DNA of 20,000 bases from an uncultured virus (IMG/VR IMGVR_UViG_3300021559_000009). Its lineage: Duplodnaviria > Heunggongvirae > Uroviricota > Caudoviricetes. How positions within the stretch are numbered: the first letter of the stretch is position 1; each line of letters begins with the position of its first letter. The stretch covers positions 47,214 to 67,213 of IMG/VR virus record IMGVR_UViG_3300021559_000009; one strand, written 5' to 3'. Positions 7,172 through 15,766 of the stretch are shown here, piece after piece. The position numbers and the translations under genes were made by a program. The notes beneath the pieces were generated by a model, which saw nothing but the letters and a program-made list of their open reading frames with translations, was not told the origin of the DNA and did not search any database.

Positions 7172-10100
7172 CGCTGGCAGTCCGCGAGGCGCGCTTGCGC
7201 TTCGGCTTCAAGCCGGGAGGAAGCTCCTCGTCCTCATCCCTCACCAGCTCGGGCAGCGTTTGCTTCGGCGAAGCAGCTTTCTTGCGGGGCGTGCGAGCGG
7301 ACGCGACAAGCCCTTTGGAACGCGCGGTGGGCGGTACCGTGCGCCCCGGCACCGGTATCTTGGTCGAGGTGACTGCCGGCGGCAGGCCCTCCAGGATGCT
7401 TGACGGCAGGCGGCTGCCGTATTCCGACGGGTTGGTCAGGTTCTCCCAACCCTGCTTCTGAGCCTCGGCGCCGCGCGGCAGCACCGTCGCATCATAAGCG
7501 TTGGGAACCACAAAGGAAGCGTCGAATGGCAACGTGGCAGCCGCCGCGATAGTCACCGGGCTGTGCCCCTTGTCAGCCAGGGTTTTGAGAATCTCGGCGT
7601 GCTCCTTGTTGTACTCCTTGAGCGTGTTGACGAGAGGCGTCGCCGCGGTCTTGTCACCAGCTGCTAGCGCCTTTTCGGCTTTTTCGGCAGTCTCTTCCCA
7701 CTTTTTTATGTACTTGTTGGCAGCGGACGCCTGCCGCAGCTTCACGGCGTAGGGGATCGCTGCAGAGAGCGAGGTCCCAATCCACGGGAGCATAGAGTTG
7801 AGAACGGGATAACGGTCGCGGAAGGCCGCGGTGCGCGCCTTGTATTCCGCCGCTTCCTTCTCATCGGCCTGGTGCTTGCGCTCAGCCTTGTCAGCCCAAA
7901 ACTTAGTACGCTGCTCAGCATTAAAACCACGGTAAAGAGCACGCTCGTCCTCCGGCAGGCTCGAAACCTCGGCCTCAAGCTTGGTTCTGGCCTCCTCGTC
8001 GTGCTTAGCACGTTCTTCCTTCTCGCGCCCCTCCCTCTCTTGCTCGACTTGACGCTCGCGCGTTTCCTTCTCGGTCTGGGCGCGACGCTCGCCCGCCTCC
8101 TTGGCGAACGACTGGAGCAAAGCCGGCCGATCGGCGCGCGGGCTTCGGCGCAAAATTTCCTTCTGCTCCGCCGTCAACCCCTCGTCGCCCGCCTCAGCCC
8201 TTGATGCTGCGAGCGTCGTGCCCGCCCCTGCACCGGCGCCGAGCAACGTCGTCATGAGCTGCCGCACCATCGGCCGTGCAAGCGGCATCCCGGCACGCAC
8301 TGCGGCGCCGCCAACCGGTATGGCCGCCGACATAGCGTGGGCGCCTGCCTCCGATGGATTGTCTGCCTGAATAGATTCCTGGGCGCTCAGAGCCGCGCCC
8401 ACGGGCGTGAGATCAAGCGCCGAGATGCCGCTGCCGCCGACACCAGTCGTACCAATGCCGGACGACCCAATCGTCTCGCGTGCCATCTGACGCGTGTGGT
8501 AAGACGCGCTATCGGGCAATATAAAGTTGGCAAGCCGATCACGCCACGTCGGCTCGTAGGCGCGCAATTCCGCATTCTGCGAGGAAATGGGCTGCGAAAA
8601 AAACCCGCCTGCCTCGCCGGCACGTTCTGACCGGGCGGGAGGAAGCTCCTCCGCCTGGGCCGCCCCTACTGGATTGAAAAACGACGCGATTTTACCAAAA
8701 GAAGACTCGTTGGAAGACCTCTTATCCGCCGGCGTCTTGATGGGTGCCGCGTCCCACGGCATCTTCTCGTCGCCAGTCCCGCCAGCAGGAACTGTTTCAC
8801 GTGGAGCACGAGGAGCGCCCGCGTCGCGAGGATCGAACACGCCCTCATAGCGACGCGTTGATTGCTCGCGCATCGTCCTAAACAGTTCCTGAAGGCGCAG
8901 GAGGCGCTTGGCGGTGTTCGCTGTGGTGTCGCCAGCGCTGAGACCAGGGATGATCCGTGCGATCTCGGCTTCTTCGGCCGCCAGCGGGCGTCCTTTCGAT
9001 TCGTTGAGAAGCCGTGGACCCCACTCGCGCAACTCGGAAATGTAGCTCGCGAACTGCGCCCGATCGGTCGCGTTCGACCCGAACACGTTGCCCACCACTT
9101 CCGCAGGACGCGTGATCCGCCCGCCGAGGCCCGCAAGCGCGTTGTGCTTCTTGAGCAGCGCCTCGACCTTATCAATCGTTTGATCCGACAACTGGAGTCG
9201 CTCGATCTGTCCCGCGAGATCGTCCTTGGTCTTGCCCGATATTGCCGCACCCTCAGTCTTAAGCTGCCGCGACACGTCTTCACGAATGCGGGCGATGTCC
9301 TCCTGGCTCTTGCCTTCCAGCTCACCGCTCTGGCGTTTCTCCTCCATGATCTTGCGTACCGCGTCAGCGCGCTGGCGCTCGTCGGTGAGGTTGACATTGC
9401 CCCCGCTGCCCGCTCCACCAAGATACGGTCGCGTCAGCGCCTCGGTGATCTCCTTGTTCTTGGCGATCAGCTCATCGGCCGTCGGCAATCGCCCCTTGCC
9501 CTTGATGGTTTCAGCCGCGAACTGGCCCAGCGCCTGCGCGCGCGGGTCGCCCGGCTTCATGTGGAGAAAAAACGCGTTGTTGAACGCGTCGAGCAGCGCC
9601 TGCCCCCTCTGAGTCGGGTCCTGAATGTGCTCCTCAATCGTCTTGGCGTCGCGCTCGAACACCAGCTTCTGGAGTCCGCGCCCCGTCATCTCCTGCACGG
9701 CCTGCCCGGTCTTGTTGATCGCGTCGGCGCGCTTCTCCATCGCCTCGTACAGCTCGGGGAACATGCCGTGCTCGATGAGCACCATCTCCTTGCTCATCCC
9801 GAACTGAGCTGCCACCATGCGCGCTTTTGCCGCACCCGCCGCCATATCCGTGTCCATCAGACGCAACGCATCGCCCAGGCGCTCGTGCTCAAGCTGATGG
9901 CGCTTGAAAGTGAGGTCGGTGTTCTCCTTCCACGCGTCATGAGCGCGGTTATACGCCTCCTCGTCGCCAGCCCTGACTGCGTTCATAGCGGCAGCCGAGG
10001 CGTTAAGGGCGTTCTCCATCGGGGCGCGCGTGAACGCGCTCGCGAGCATCCCGAACACGCTGCCAAGCGAGCCGAACGCCTGAATCGGATCGGTCTGGTA

Positions 10101-10412
10101 CTTCTTGCTCTCAGCGCCCGCGTCCCACTTCTGAAACTCGCCGGGCCCAACACCCTCCGCTTCGTACTGATGCTCGATCCGCGCGCGATCACGTTCCATG
10201 CGCGCCTCGGTCTGCGCATCCACGTCGAGCAAGTGCTTGAACGTGCCGCGCTGAGCCTGCGTGTAATCTTCCTTCAATCCCGGCGGCAAACCGTCGTCGT
10301 CAGAAACTGGTAAAGCTCCGCCCGTACCACCAAGCGGGATGCGCGCACCCGTCATGTTTTGCGGTTGCTTGCCATCCAAAAGGTCGTTGCCAACAAAGGC
10401 AGAATCAGTCAT
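7164..10412 (-). CDS. Large internal virion / DNA ejection protein, 1082 aa
   Basis: Position, size, helical charged composition and several hydrophobic Gly/Ala segments. Overlaps the next gene by 8 nt. Confidence 0.7.
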   Translation of the reverse strand: MTDSAFVGNDLLDGKQPQNMTGARIPLGGTGGALPVSDDDGLPPGLKEDYTQAQRGTFKHLLDVDAQTEARMERDRARIEHQYEAEGVGPGEFQKWDAGAESKKYQTDPIQAFGSLGSVFGMLASAFTRAPMENALNASAAAMNAVRAGDEEAYNRAHDAWKENTDLTFKRHQLEHERLGDALRLMDTDMAAGAAKARMVAAQFGMSKEMVLIEHGMFPELYEAMEKRADAINKTGQAVQEMTGRGLQKLVFERDAKTIEEHIQDPTQRGQALLDAFNNAFFLHMKPGDPRAQALGQFAAETIKGKGRLPTADELIAKNKEITEALTRPYLGGAGSGGNVNLTDERQRADAVRKIMEEKRQSGELEGKSQEDIARIREDVSRQLKTEGAAISGKTKDDLAGQIERLQLSDQTIDKVEALLKKHNALAGLGGRITRPAEVVGNVFGSNATDRAQFASYISELREWGPRLLNESKGRPLAAEEAEIARIIPGLSAGDTTANTAKRLLRLQELFRTMREQSTRRYEGVFDPRDAGAPRAPRETVPAGGTGDEKMPWDAAPIKTPADKRSSNESSFGKIASFFNPVGAAQAEELPPARSERAGEAGGFFSQPISSQNAELRAYEPTWRDRLANFILPDSASYHTRQMARETIGSSGIGTTGVGGSGISALDLTPVGAALSAQESIQADNPSEAGAHAMSAAIPVGGAAVRAGMPLARPMVRQLMTTLLGAGAGAGTTLAASRAEAGDEGLTAEQKEILRRSPRADRPALLQSFAKEAGERRAQTEKETRERQVEQEREGREKEERAKHDEEARTKLEAEVSSLPEDERALYRGFNAEQRTKFWADKAERKHQADEKEAAEYKARTAAFRDRYPVLNSMLPWIGTSLSAAIPYAVKLRQASAANKYIKKWEETAEKAEKALAAGDKTAATPLVNTLKEYNKEHAEILKTLADKGHSPVTIAAAATLPFDASFVVPNAYDATVLPRGAEAQKQGWENLTNPSEYGSRLPSSILEGLPPAVTSTKIPVPGRTVPPTARSKGLVASARTPRKKAASPKQTLPELVRDEDEELPPGLKPKRKRASRTASDE

Positions 10413-10413
10413 T

Positions 10414-11367
10414 TCACGCCGCCATCCTCGTCATCGGCCCCGACAGCGCGCCCGCGAAATTAGCAATGGCTTTCCCCATATTCGCGGTCTGCTGCTGGTC
10501 AATCTGCATTAGTTTATCGAGTATCTGGCTCGATAGCTGCACCTCGTTCGCACCAGCCTGGAACAACTGCTCGCCCTCCTGCGCCACCGCAATCAACGCG
10601 TTGCGGTCAGCCGACGCCAAGTCCTGCGCCAGCGCGCTGTTCTGCGTCGGATCGGTCGAGAGCCCGTTGCGCGCCGCGTTGGCGATAATCTGCGCCTTGG
10701 CAGCCTGGGTCGCGCGATCGACCGCCGCCTGCAACCCCGCCGGCAAAGTGCCGGTCTGCAGGTAGCTCATAAACTGCTGCCCCTGCGCGCTAAGCTGGTT
10801 CGCCTGCCCCTGGAGCTGATTCTGCTCGGGCAGTTTCTTCTGCCCTTGCATCATGTTATAGATGAGCCCGCCGGTACCGGCAGCGACGCCCAGCGGATTC
10901 TTGAGAATCTGATTACCGATCGCGCCAGGAATCCCCTCGACACCACCGATCAGCTTGCTGATGAAGCTATCGCCCCCACCCGTCGCGGCGCCAAGATCGA
11001 GACCGGGCGTACCGGGGCGAGGAATTGGCAGCGGCACATCGCCCGACGCAGCGTCGGCAAAAGAAAGCACGTTGCCCCCACCCCCACCACTCCCGATCAG
11101 ATCGGTAATCGCGCCGCCGGCATCACCAGTCGCAGCTCCTCCCTCCGCCGCGAAGGGCAACGCACCACCAGCGGCTTCGGCTCCACCAAAACCGAGCGCA
11201 CTACCCGCCCCAGCGGCCAACCCAGGCAAGGCAGCAAGCGCAAAAGGCGCCGCGACCGCTGCAGTTCCTTCCAGCGTCTGCGCCAGCTCATTCGGCCGGA
11301 ACATGCCGCTGATATCATTGCCGAGATTCGAGGTCTTGCCTTCAAACAAATCGCTAAAAAAGGAGAT
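10414..11367 (-). CDS. Small DNA ejection/pilot protein (P22 gp7 / T7 gp14 positional analogue), probably 317 aa from an ATC start
   Basis: Gly/Ala-rich N-half and Gln-rich helical C-half. AGGAGG lies 5 nt before an in-frame ATC giving (M)SFFSDLFEGK. The ORF-track TTG at 11349 lacks its own SD. Confidence 0.75.
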   Translation of the reverse strand: MSFFSDLFEGKTSNLGNDISGMFRPNELAQTLEGTAAVAAPFALAALPGLAAGAGSALGFGGAEAAGGALPFAAEGGAATGDAGGAITDLIGSGGGGGNVLSFADAASGDVPLPIPRPGTPGLDLGAATGGGDSFISKLIGGVEGIPGAIGNQILKNPLGVAAGTGGLIYNMMQGQKKLPEQNQLQGQANQLSAQGQQFMSYLQTGTLPAGLQAAVDRATQAAKAQIIANAARNGLSTDPTQNSALAQDLASADRNALIAVAQEGEQLFQAGANEVQLSSQILDKLMQIDQQQTANMGKAIANFAGALSGPMTRMAA

Positions 11368-11378
11368 GGCAGCCTCCT
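11356..11378 (-). promoter_or_regulatory. Hairpin AGGAGG-ctgcca-TCTCCT followed by a U-tract; sequesters the SD and resembles a weak intrinsic terminator
   Basis: Minus strand reads TGA T AGGAGG CTGCCA TCTCCT TTTTT AGC. Six-bp stem including one G-U pair. Confidence 0.5.
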
Positions 11379-11379
11379 A

Positions 11380-11841
11380 TCATAACCTCGCGAACACAAC
11401 CTGCCGCGTGAACAGCCGCCCCATGCGCTCCTTGATCATGTCGTGCGGCACATCGCTCATGGCCTCAACCATCACAGCATCGACGCCCTGGTTCTTTCCC
11501 CACCTCACGAACTCGTCGTAGAAAGCGACGGCCTCGCGATCGTGCCCCTCCTTAACGAACACGAACATCTCCTGCACAACGGGCTTCATCTCCAGCGGGT
11601 GCGCGCGCGTGACCGTCGCAAGCGCCACACCGTGCTCCTGGTAGAGGAACAAAAACTCGTTCGAGTAGATGATCCCGCGCAGCCAGCCCGCGAGATCGCG
11701 CGCGGTGCGATGCGGATACGCCTTGAGCAGACGGTCCGTGATCCAGCCTCCGTGGCGGTCGAGATCAGGCACCTCGAACCGGCGCATCGCAATTTGCTCT
11801 CGCACCACCTCGCGCTTTGCAATTTCAGCTGTTACGGCCAT
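11380..11841 (-). CDS. GNAT-fold (acetyltransferase-like) virion morphogenesis protein, 153 aa
   Basis: Start re-assigned to ATG 11841 (TGAGG 5 nt upstream). Pattern VQEMFVFVKEGHDRE...FVRWGKNQGVDAVMV resembles GNAT motif A/B. Located immediately before the ejection genes, as in many podoviruses. Confidence 0.6.
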   Translation of the reverse strand: MAVTAEIAKREVVREQIAMRRFEVPDLDRHGGWITDRLLKAYPHRTARDLAGWLRGIIYSNEFLFLYQEHGVALATVTRAHPLEMKPVVQEMFVFVKEGHDREAVAFYDEFVRWGKNQGVDAVMVEAMSDVPHDMIKERMGRLFTRQVVFARL

Positions 11842-11848
11842 ACGCGCC

Positions 11849-12001
11849 TCATTGCCCCAATATAAACTTCGCTTGCCGCATGTACGCAGCCTGCACTTGC
11901 GCCGGCTGTGCCGCACATACCGACTGCTGATCCGCCGGTTTTGCCAACGCGATATTGTTTTCCAGGATGCAAAGCATCAACGCTAGTTGCACTACCGTCA
12001 T
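11849..12001 (-). CDS. Small hypothetical protein, 50 aa (MTVVQLALMLCILENNIALAKPADQQSVCAAQPAQVQAAYMRQAKFILGQ)
   Basis: Translated by hand. GAGGG SD before the ATG. Fills the intergenic gap without overlap, and its TGA is part of the next gene's SD. Confidence 0.65.
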   Translation of the reverse strand: MTVVQLALMLCILENNIALAKPADQQSVCAAQPAQVQAAYMRQAKFILGQ

Positions 12002-12010
12002 TTCCAACCC

Positions 12011-12346
12011 TCACAGATTAAGAAGCGTCCTCGCCCTGTCGTGGTTGTCGCCGTTGTCATTCATCCAGCGTATCACGTCCTGCGGGTCGCGCCAATCGAT
12101 CGAGAGCAAGTCGTAGCCCTGGATGCCCAGCGCGTTGTTCATCTGGTCGTGCATCGCCTGGTGACGATAAAGCCACGAGGAGTCGTCGCGCCGGAACGGG
12201 TCAAGCACGTACTCAACGACCCTGATTCCCAGCGTCTGCAAGACCACCCGGTCAATGTCGCGATGGTCGGCGGCGTGCGCAAAGGACCAGCGAGTAAAAT
12301 CGTCCTCCGTCCACCCTTCCTCGGTGAGCTGGTCAATGTTAGGCAT
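12011..12346 (-). CDS. Hypothetical His/Trp/Asp-rich helical protein, 111 aa
   Basis: TGATG coupling to the nozzle gene. Motifs HAADH, HQAMH, NGDNH. Confidence 0.8.
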   Translation of the reverse strand: MPNIDQLTEEGWTEDDFTRWSFAHAADHRDIDRVVLQTLGIRVVEYVLDPFRRDDSSWLYRHQAMHDQMNNALGIQGYDLLSIDWRDPQDVIRWMNDNGDNHDRARTLLNL

Positions 12347-14646
12347 CAGCCACGATACCCCACCACGTCCTCGCCCAGCATAATCGACACCAACGACGCA
12401 TCCGCCGCATTAGTCTTCCACGTCATCCCGGTCAGCTCGCCCACCTGCCCCACCGCTTGCGGCGGCACCACAAAGTAGCCAGTCGCGGCCGGACCGGCAA
12501 TCGTGTAGGTCGCCGAGTTAGCTGGCGCCTGCTGGTCCACGATCGCAGTCAAATTAGGGGAAACAACGCTATCGTACTTGGCAAGACCCCACAGGCGCGT
12601 CGCGGCTTTCTTGAACAAGAAACCACCGGGCGCCTCCCACAATTTGGTCTGCACCGTCTTCTGGAAGCCCGACGAGGGGACCGCGAACAGCGGCTTGATC
12701 GTGATGCCGTCGGTCCCGTAGGTCGTGATCTGCGACTGGATTTCCTGATGCTTCACGTAGGTCAGCGTCATACTTTGCTGCGACGCGAACCACTCCTTCT
12801 CGTGGTAAAGAAACAGCTTGTTTACGGTCGCGCCCGACACCGGATCCACGATCGCCGCCAGCACCACAATCGCCTTCTTGGAACCGAAGATCGTCGCCTG
12901 CGCAGCCGACGGCTGCATGCCAAAGTTGTAGCCGTTCGCCAGCGTCGCAACCGTGTTCCACACGCCATCCAGCTCGTGGCTGATCTTCTCGACGTTGCCG
13001 CCACGAATAACGTGCACGCCAAAGGCGTTCGCAAACAGCACGTCGCGCCCAAAACTTTCTACCGACGCCGGGAACGGCGTGCCGGTCTGCGTGTCGGCAT
13101 TGAGGTTCGAGAAGGTCGTGGTCGGCGGCGTCCCCGTCGTCTGCACACCGCTGATGTAATTGACCGATGAGTCGCCGATCGCCCACAAGTAAGCGTTCGC
13201 CTGGATGAACTTGGAGTAATTGACGCGCAAGACCGAGTCGGCCGACGTGGTGTTGCCCCCACCATCCGAGGTCGCGAAGTCAGTGAGTGAACCGGGAGCG
13301 CTCCAGTAATAGGTCGCCCCATTCGCGACCCACGCATGCCCCTGGTAGATCTCGACCGTCGTCCCCTGGATCGCAAAAGGCATGAGCGAGATAGTTGCGG
13401 TTGCCTGGACCGCTGCGTCATTTATCGCAAGCGTAGGAGGCGTATTGGTACCATAAAGACCGGCCCCGACAATAGTTACGCCTGTAATGACGCCGCCGGA
13501 GATCACCGGCTGCAACGTCGCCTGCGCAACCGGCGAGCCACCGCCCGACGCCGTGATCTTGGTCGAGGGCGAGTAGCCCGTACCAGTCGGCGTCCCGGTG
13601 ACGCTACTGACATAAAATCCTGCACCGTTATCCGTGACCGTCACAGTTGGTGGCGTAGAAGACGTGTATTCGTTATGTCCACTAAAACCGTTAGGAACAG
13701 GAACCGCACCTGTTATAATACCTCCCACTATCGTCAACTGTACAGCAGGAACGCTTCCTGGGTTATTAAAAGGATTTCCGCCAGAGAGAGAAGCCGTGGT
13801 ATTACTGCTGTATCCACTCCCGCCGTTGTTCACCGTAATGCTACTAACAAAGAAAATACCGCCGCCACGGGCTGTCATAACAGCCGTCAACACGGCGCCA
13901 GACCCACCCGCTTGATGACTTAGCACCGCCGTGAGAGACGCTCCAGTGCCAGTCGAAGCTCCTCCAGTCAGCGTGAGCGTCGGCGTATCGCCAGCAATAT
14001 ATCCAGTTCCCGGATTGAGCACCGTGATGCCGGTAACCTGCCCATTGCTGACAGTCGCCGCGAATGTCGCCCCCGTACCATGACCGCCCGAAATGACGAC
14101 TGCGGGCGGCGTCTGATAAGCCGCTCCAGCATTAGTCACCACAACCAGCGGCGATAACCCGCCCGCCCCAAACGTCGTCGTGCCATCCCAAAGCCAATAT
14201 CCGTTCGTCTGGTTGGAAACGGTAATGAGGTATTGCTGCCCCCACTGCGTGATCCCCTGGTTGAGTACCGACGGATTGATAATCGAACCGGCCGTTAATA
14301 TCGTCGTGACCGCAAGCGTCGTCGTGTTGACCACGACCACCGAACCGTCGGACATAAACACAACGCAGTAGGGCGTCACTCCGATGTTGAAAAAATCGAA
14401 GAATACGATCGTCAGGGAATCGGTACGCGTGAAGATCGCACTGCCCACATCCCACAGAGTACGAAGTTGCCGCGGCCCGACCCGGATAAAACCGTCTATC
14501 CAGTAGCACTTCTCGTCCGGCACGCCGGTCCGGCCGCCCGACGTATCAAGTCCCATCCACTGGTCGTGGATAAGAGGTTGCGGTCCCGCGGGGAGATACG
14601 GGTTAGCCTGCTCTTGGGCTGCTTGCTCGGGCTGTTCGAGAGACAT
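12346..14646 (-). CDS. Tail nozzle / DNA stabilisation-like protein (P22 gp10 / T7 gp12 analogue) with inserted Gly/Thr-rich repeat region, 766 aa
   Basis: Follows the adaptor genes. Beta-propeller-like motifs (YYWSAPGSLTDF, LWAIGDSSVNYISG, VEKISHELDGVW). Central GxGY repeat insert. Confidence 0.65.
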   Translation of the reverse strand: MSLEQPEQAAQEQANPYLPAGPQPLIHDQWMGLDTSGGRTGVPDEKCYWIDGFIRVGPRQLRTLWDVGSAIFTRTDSLTIVFFDFFNIGVTPYCVVFMSDGSVVVVNTTTLAVTTILTAGSIINPSVLNQGITQWGQQYLITVSNQTNGYWLWDGTTTFGAGGLSPLVVVTNAGAAYQTPPAVVISGGHGTGATFAATVSNGQVTGITVLNPGTGYIAGDTPTLTLTGGASTGTGASLTAVLSHQAGGSGAVLTAVMTARGGGIFFVSSITVNNGGSGYSSNTTASLSGGNPFNNPGSVPAVQLTIVGGIITGAVPVPNGFSGHNEYTSSTPPTVTVTDNGAGFYVSSVTGTPTGTGYSPSTKITASGGGSPVAQATLQPVISGGVITGVTIVGAGLYGTNTPPTLAINDAAVQATATISLMPFAIQGTTVEIYQGHAWVANGATYYWSAPGSLTDFATSDGGGNTTSADSVLRVNYSKFIQANAYLWAIGDSSVNYISGVQTTGTPPTTTFSNLNADTQTGTPFPASVESFGRDVLFANAFGVHVIRGGNVEKISHELDGVWNTVATLANGYNFGMQPSAAQATIFGSKKAIVVLAAIVDPVSGATVNKLFLYHEKEWFASQQSMTLTYVKHQEIQSQITTYGTDGITIKPLFAVPSSGFQKTVQTKLWEAPGGFLFKKAATRLWGLAKYDSVVSPNLTAIVDQQAPANSATYTIAGPAATGYFVVPPQAVGQVGELTGMTWKTNAADASLVSIMLGEDVVGYRG

Positions 14647-14835
14647 TTAGTAAGTCCAAGTCCAATGCACTTTCGAACGCCTGACCATCCAATTTCCAAC
14701 TAAATACATTACTCGCCGCCAACGTGGATACGAATACCAGCGAGCCAAAGACTCTTGATTAAGCCGAACGTTCAAATCGCGAAACCGCTGAAACATAGGG
14801 TCTTGCCCCTTTGCGTGCTCGCCAAAAGAACCCAT
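14647..14835 (-). CDS. Small basic Trp/Arg-rich hypothetical protein, 62 aa
   Basis: Start re-assigned to ATG 14835 (GGGAGA upstream, 1 nt after previous TAA). Its TAA abuts the next ATG. Confidence 0.55.
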   Translation of the reverse strand: MGSFGEHAKGQDPMFQRFRDLNVRLNQESLARWYSYPRWRRVMYLVGNWMVRRSKVHWTWTY

Positions 14836-14836
14836 A

Positions 14837-15766
14837 TTAGATTCTCCCGTATCGATTGGGCGCGCGCCCAACCCGCGCATAGTTGCTGTAGCGCAGCAAA
14901 TGCATGTCAAACAGTTCGAGGTAGAACTTAGCAGCATTGTAATTTTGAAGGTCGAGGTAGCACAAATGTGCAGTGAAATACTTCACTGCCTCGCTCCAAG
15001 GATCAGGGAGAATCTCGACGCTCAAGTCGGTCTTCAGGTCTTGCGGCAAGCACAGACAATCCATCTCGTACTGATACGCTTGCGACGGCAACGGATAGAC
15101 AAACAAGCTTCCCGCCGTCCCCTGACCAAATTGAGCAGCGAACGCTGGCACATACTGGTATTGAAACGGGTACTGGCGAATCATCGCCTGATAGTCGGAG
15201 AACGCCGCAACGTAGAGCGTGTAGCGATAATTCGCGTAAATCACCGACACCGTGCGCGCATAATAGATCGCCCCCACACCGGGGAACGCGCTGAGATCGA
15301 TGTCAGCGTAATTGTAAACCTCCAATCCCTGACTAAACTGCGTAGTCGCCGAGAGCACCGGCGTCGCCGCCGCCCCAGTTCCCCCGCCGCCCGAGAACGA
15401 TATCTGCGGCTGGAAGTAGCCATAGCCGCCGTAGTTGATGTCCACCGTCGAGACCTTCCCGCCGCTGATCAGAGCCTGCGCAGTCGCCTGGCTGCCGTTA
15501 GGAAACGCCCCCATGCCCGACGGAAAATCCGGCGCCGTGATCGTGACCGTAGGGGGACTGGTGTAACCCGACCCGCCGGCCGTCACGCTCGCCGACATGA
15601 TCGAGCCCGAAATCGGCGTGAGCACGCGCACGCACTGCGCGCGCATCGCCACCTCGCGGCGCGCGGTGTTGACGTGGGCGATCATATCAAGCGGGTTGAT
15701 CGACTCTTGACGTGCGTCGCGCAGGAGGCGAGTGGTGTCCTTTAAATACTGATTCAGCGACGCCAT
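14837..15766 (-). CDS. Head-tail adaptor-like protein, paralog 2, with GxGY module insertion, 309 aa
   Basis: N-terminal helical LNQYL...VNTARREVA and C-terminal LPDPWSEAVKYFTAHLCY patterns resemble adaptor/ring proteins. Aligns by eye with the upstream gene. Confidence 0.65.
   Translation of the reverse strand: MASLNQYLKDTTRLLRDARQESINPLDMIAHVNTARREVAMRAQCVRVLTPISGSIMSASVTAGGSGYTSPPTVTITAPDFPSGMGAFPNGSQATAQALISGGKVSTVDINYGGYGYFQPQISFSGGGGTGAAATPVLSATTQFSQGLEVYNYADIDLSAFPGVGAIYYARTVSVIYANYRYTLYVAAFSDYQAMIRQYPFQYQYVPAFAAQFGQGTAGSLFVYPLPSQAYQYEMDCLCLPQDLKTDLSVEILPDPWSEAVKYFTAHLCYLDLQNYNAAKFYLELFDMHLLRYSNYARVGRAPNRYGRI

Noticed and set aside
8862..10313. 483-aa plus-strand ORF and the many other plus-strand ORFs (e.g. 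14900-15745, 18182-19033, 12457-13170)
   Set aside because: They lie antisense to well-supported genes and have the Arg/Leu/His-rich composition typical of shadow frames in high-GC coding DNA.
4064..10412. Lytic transglycosylase, lysozyme or virion RNA polymerase domain in the large ejection proteins
   Set aside because: No ES..G/GLMQ-type or DxDGD-type motif was recognised by eye. A profile search would be needed to exclude divergent domains.
11832..12014. ORF-track 60-aa ORF and the 178-aa extended start of the GNAT-like gene
   Set aside because: The 50-aa ORF 11849-12001 and the ATG at 11841 have proper SDs and fit without overlap.
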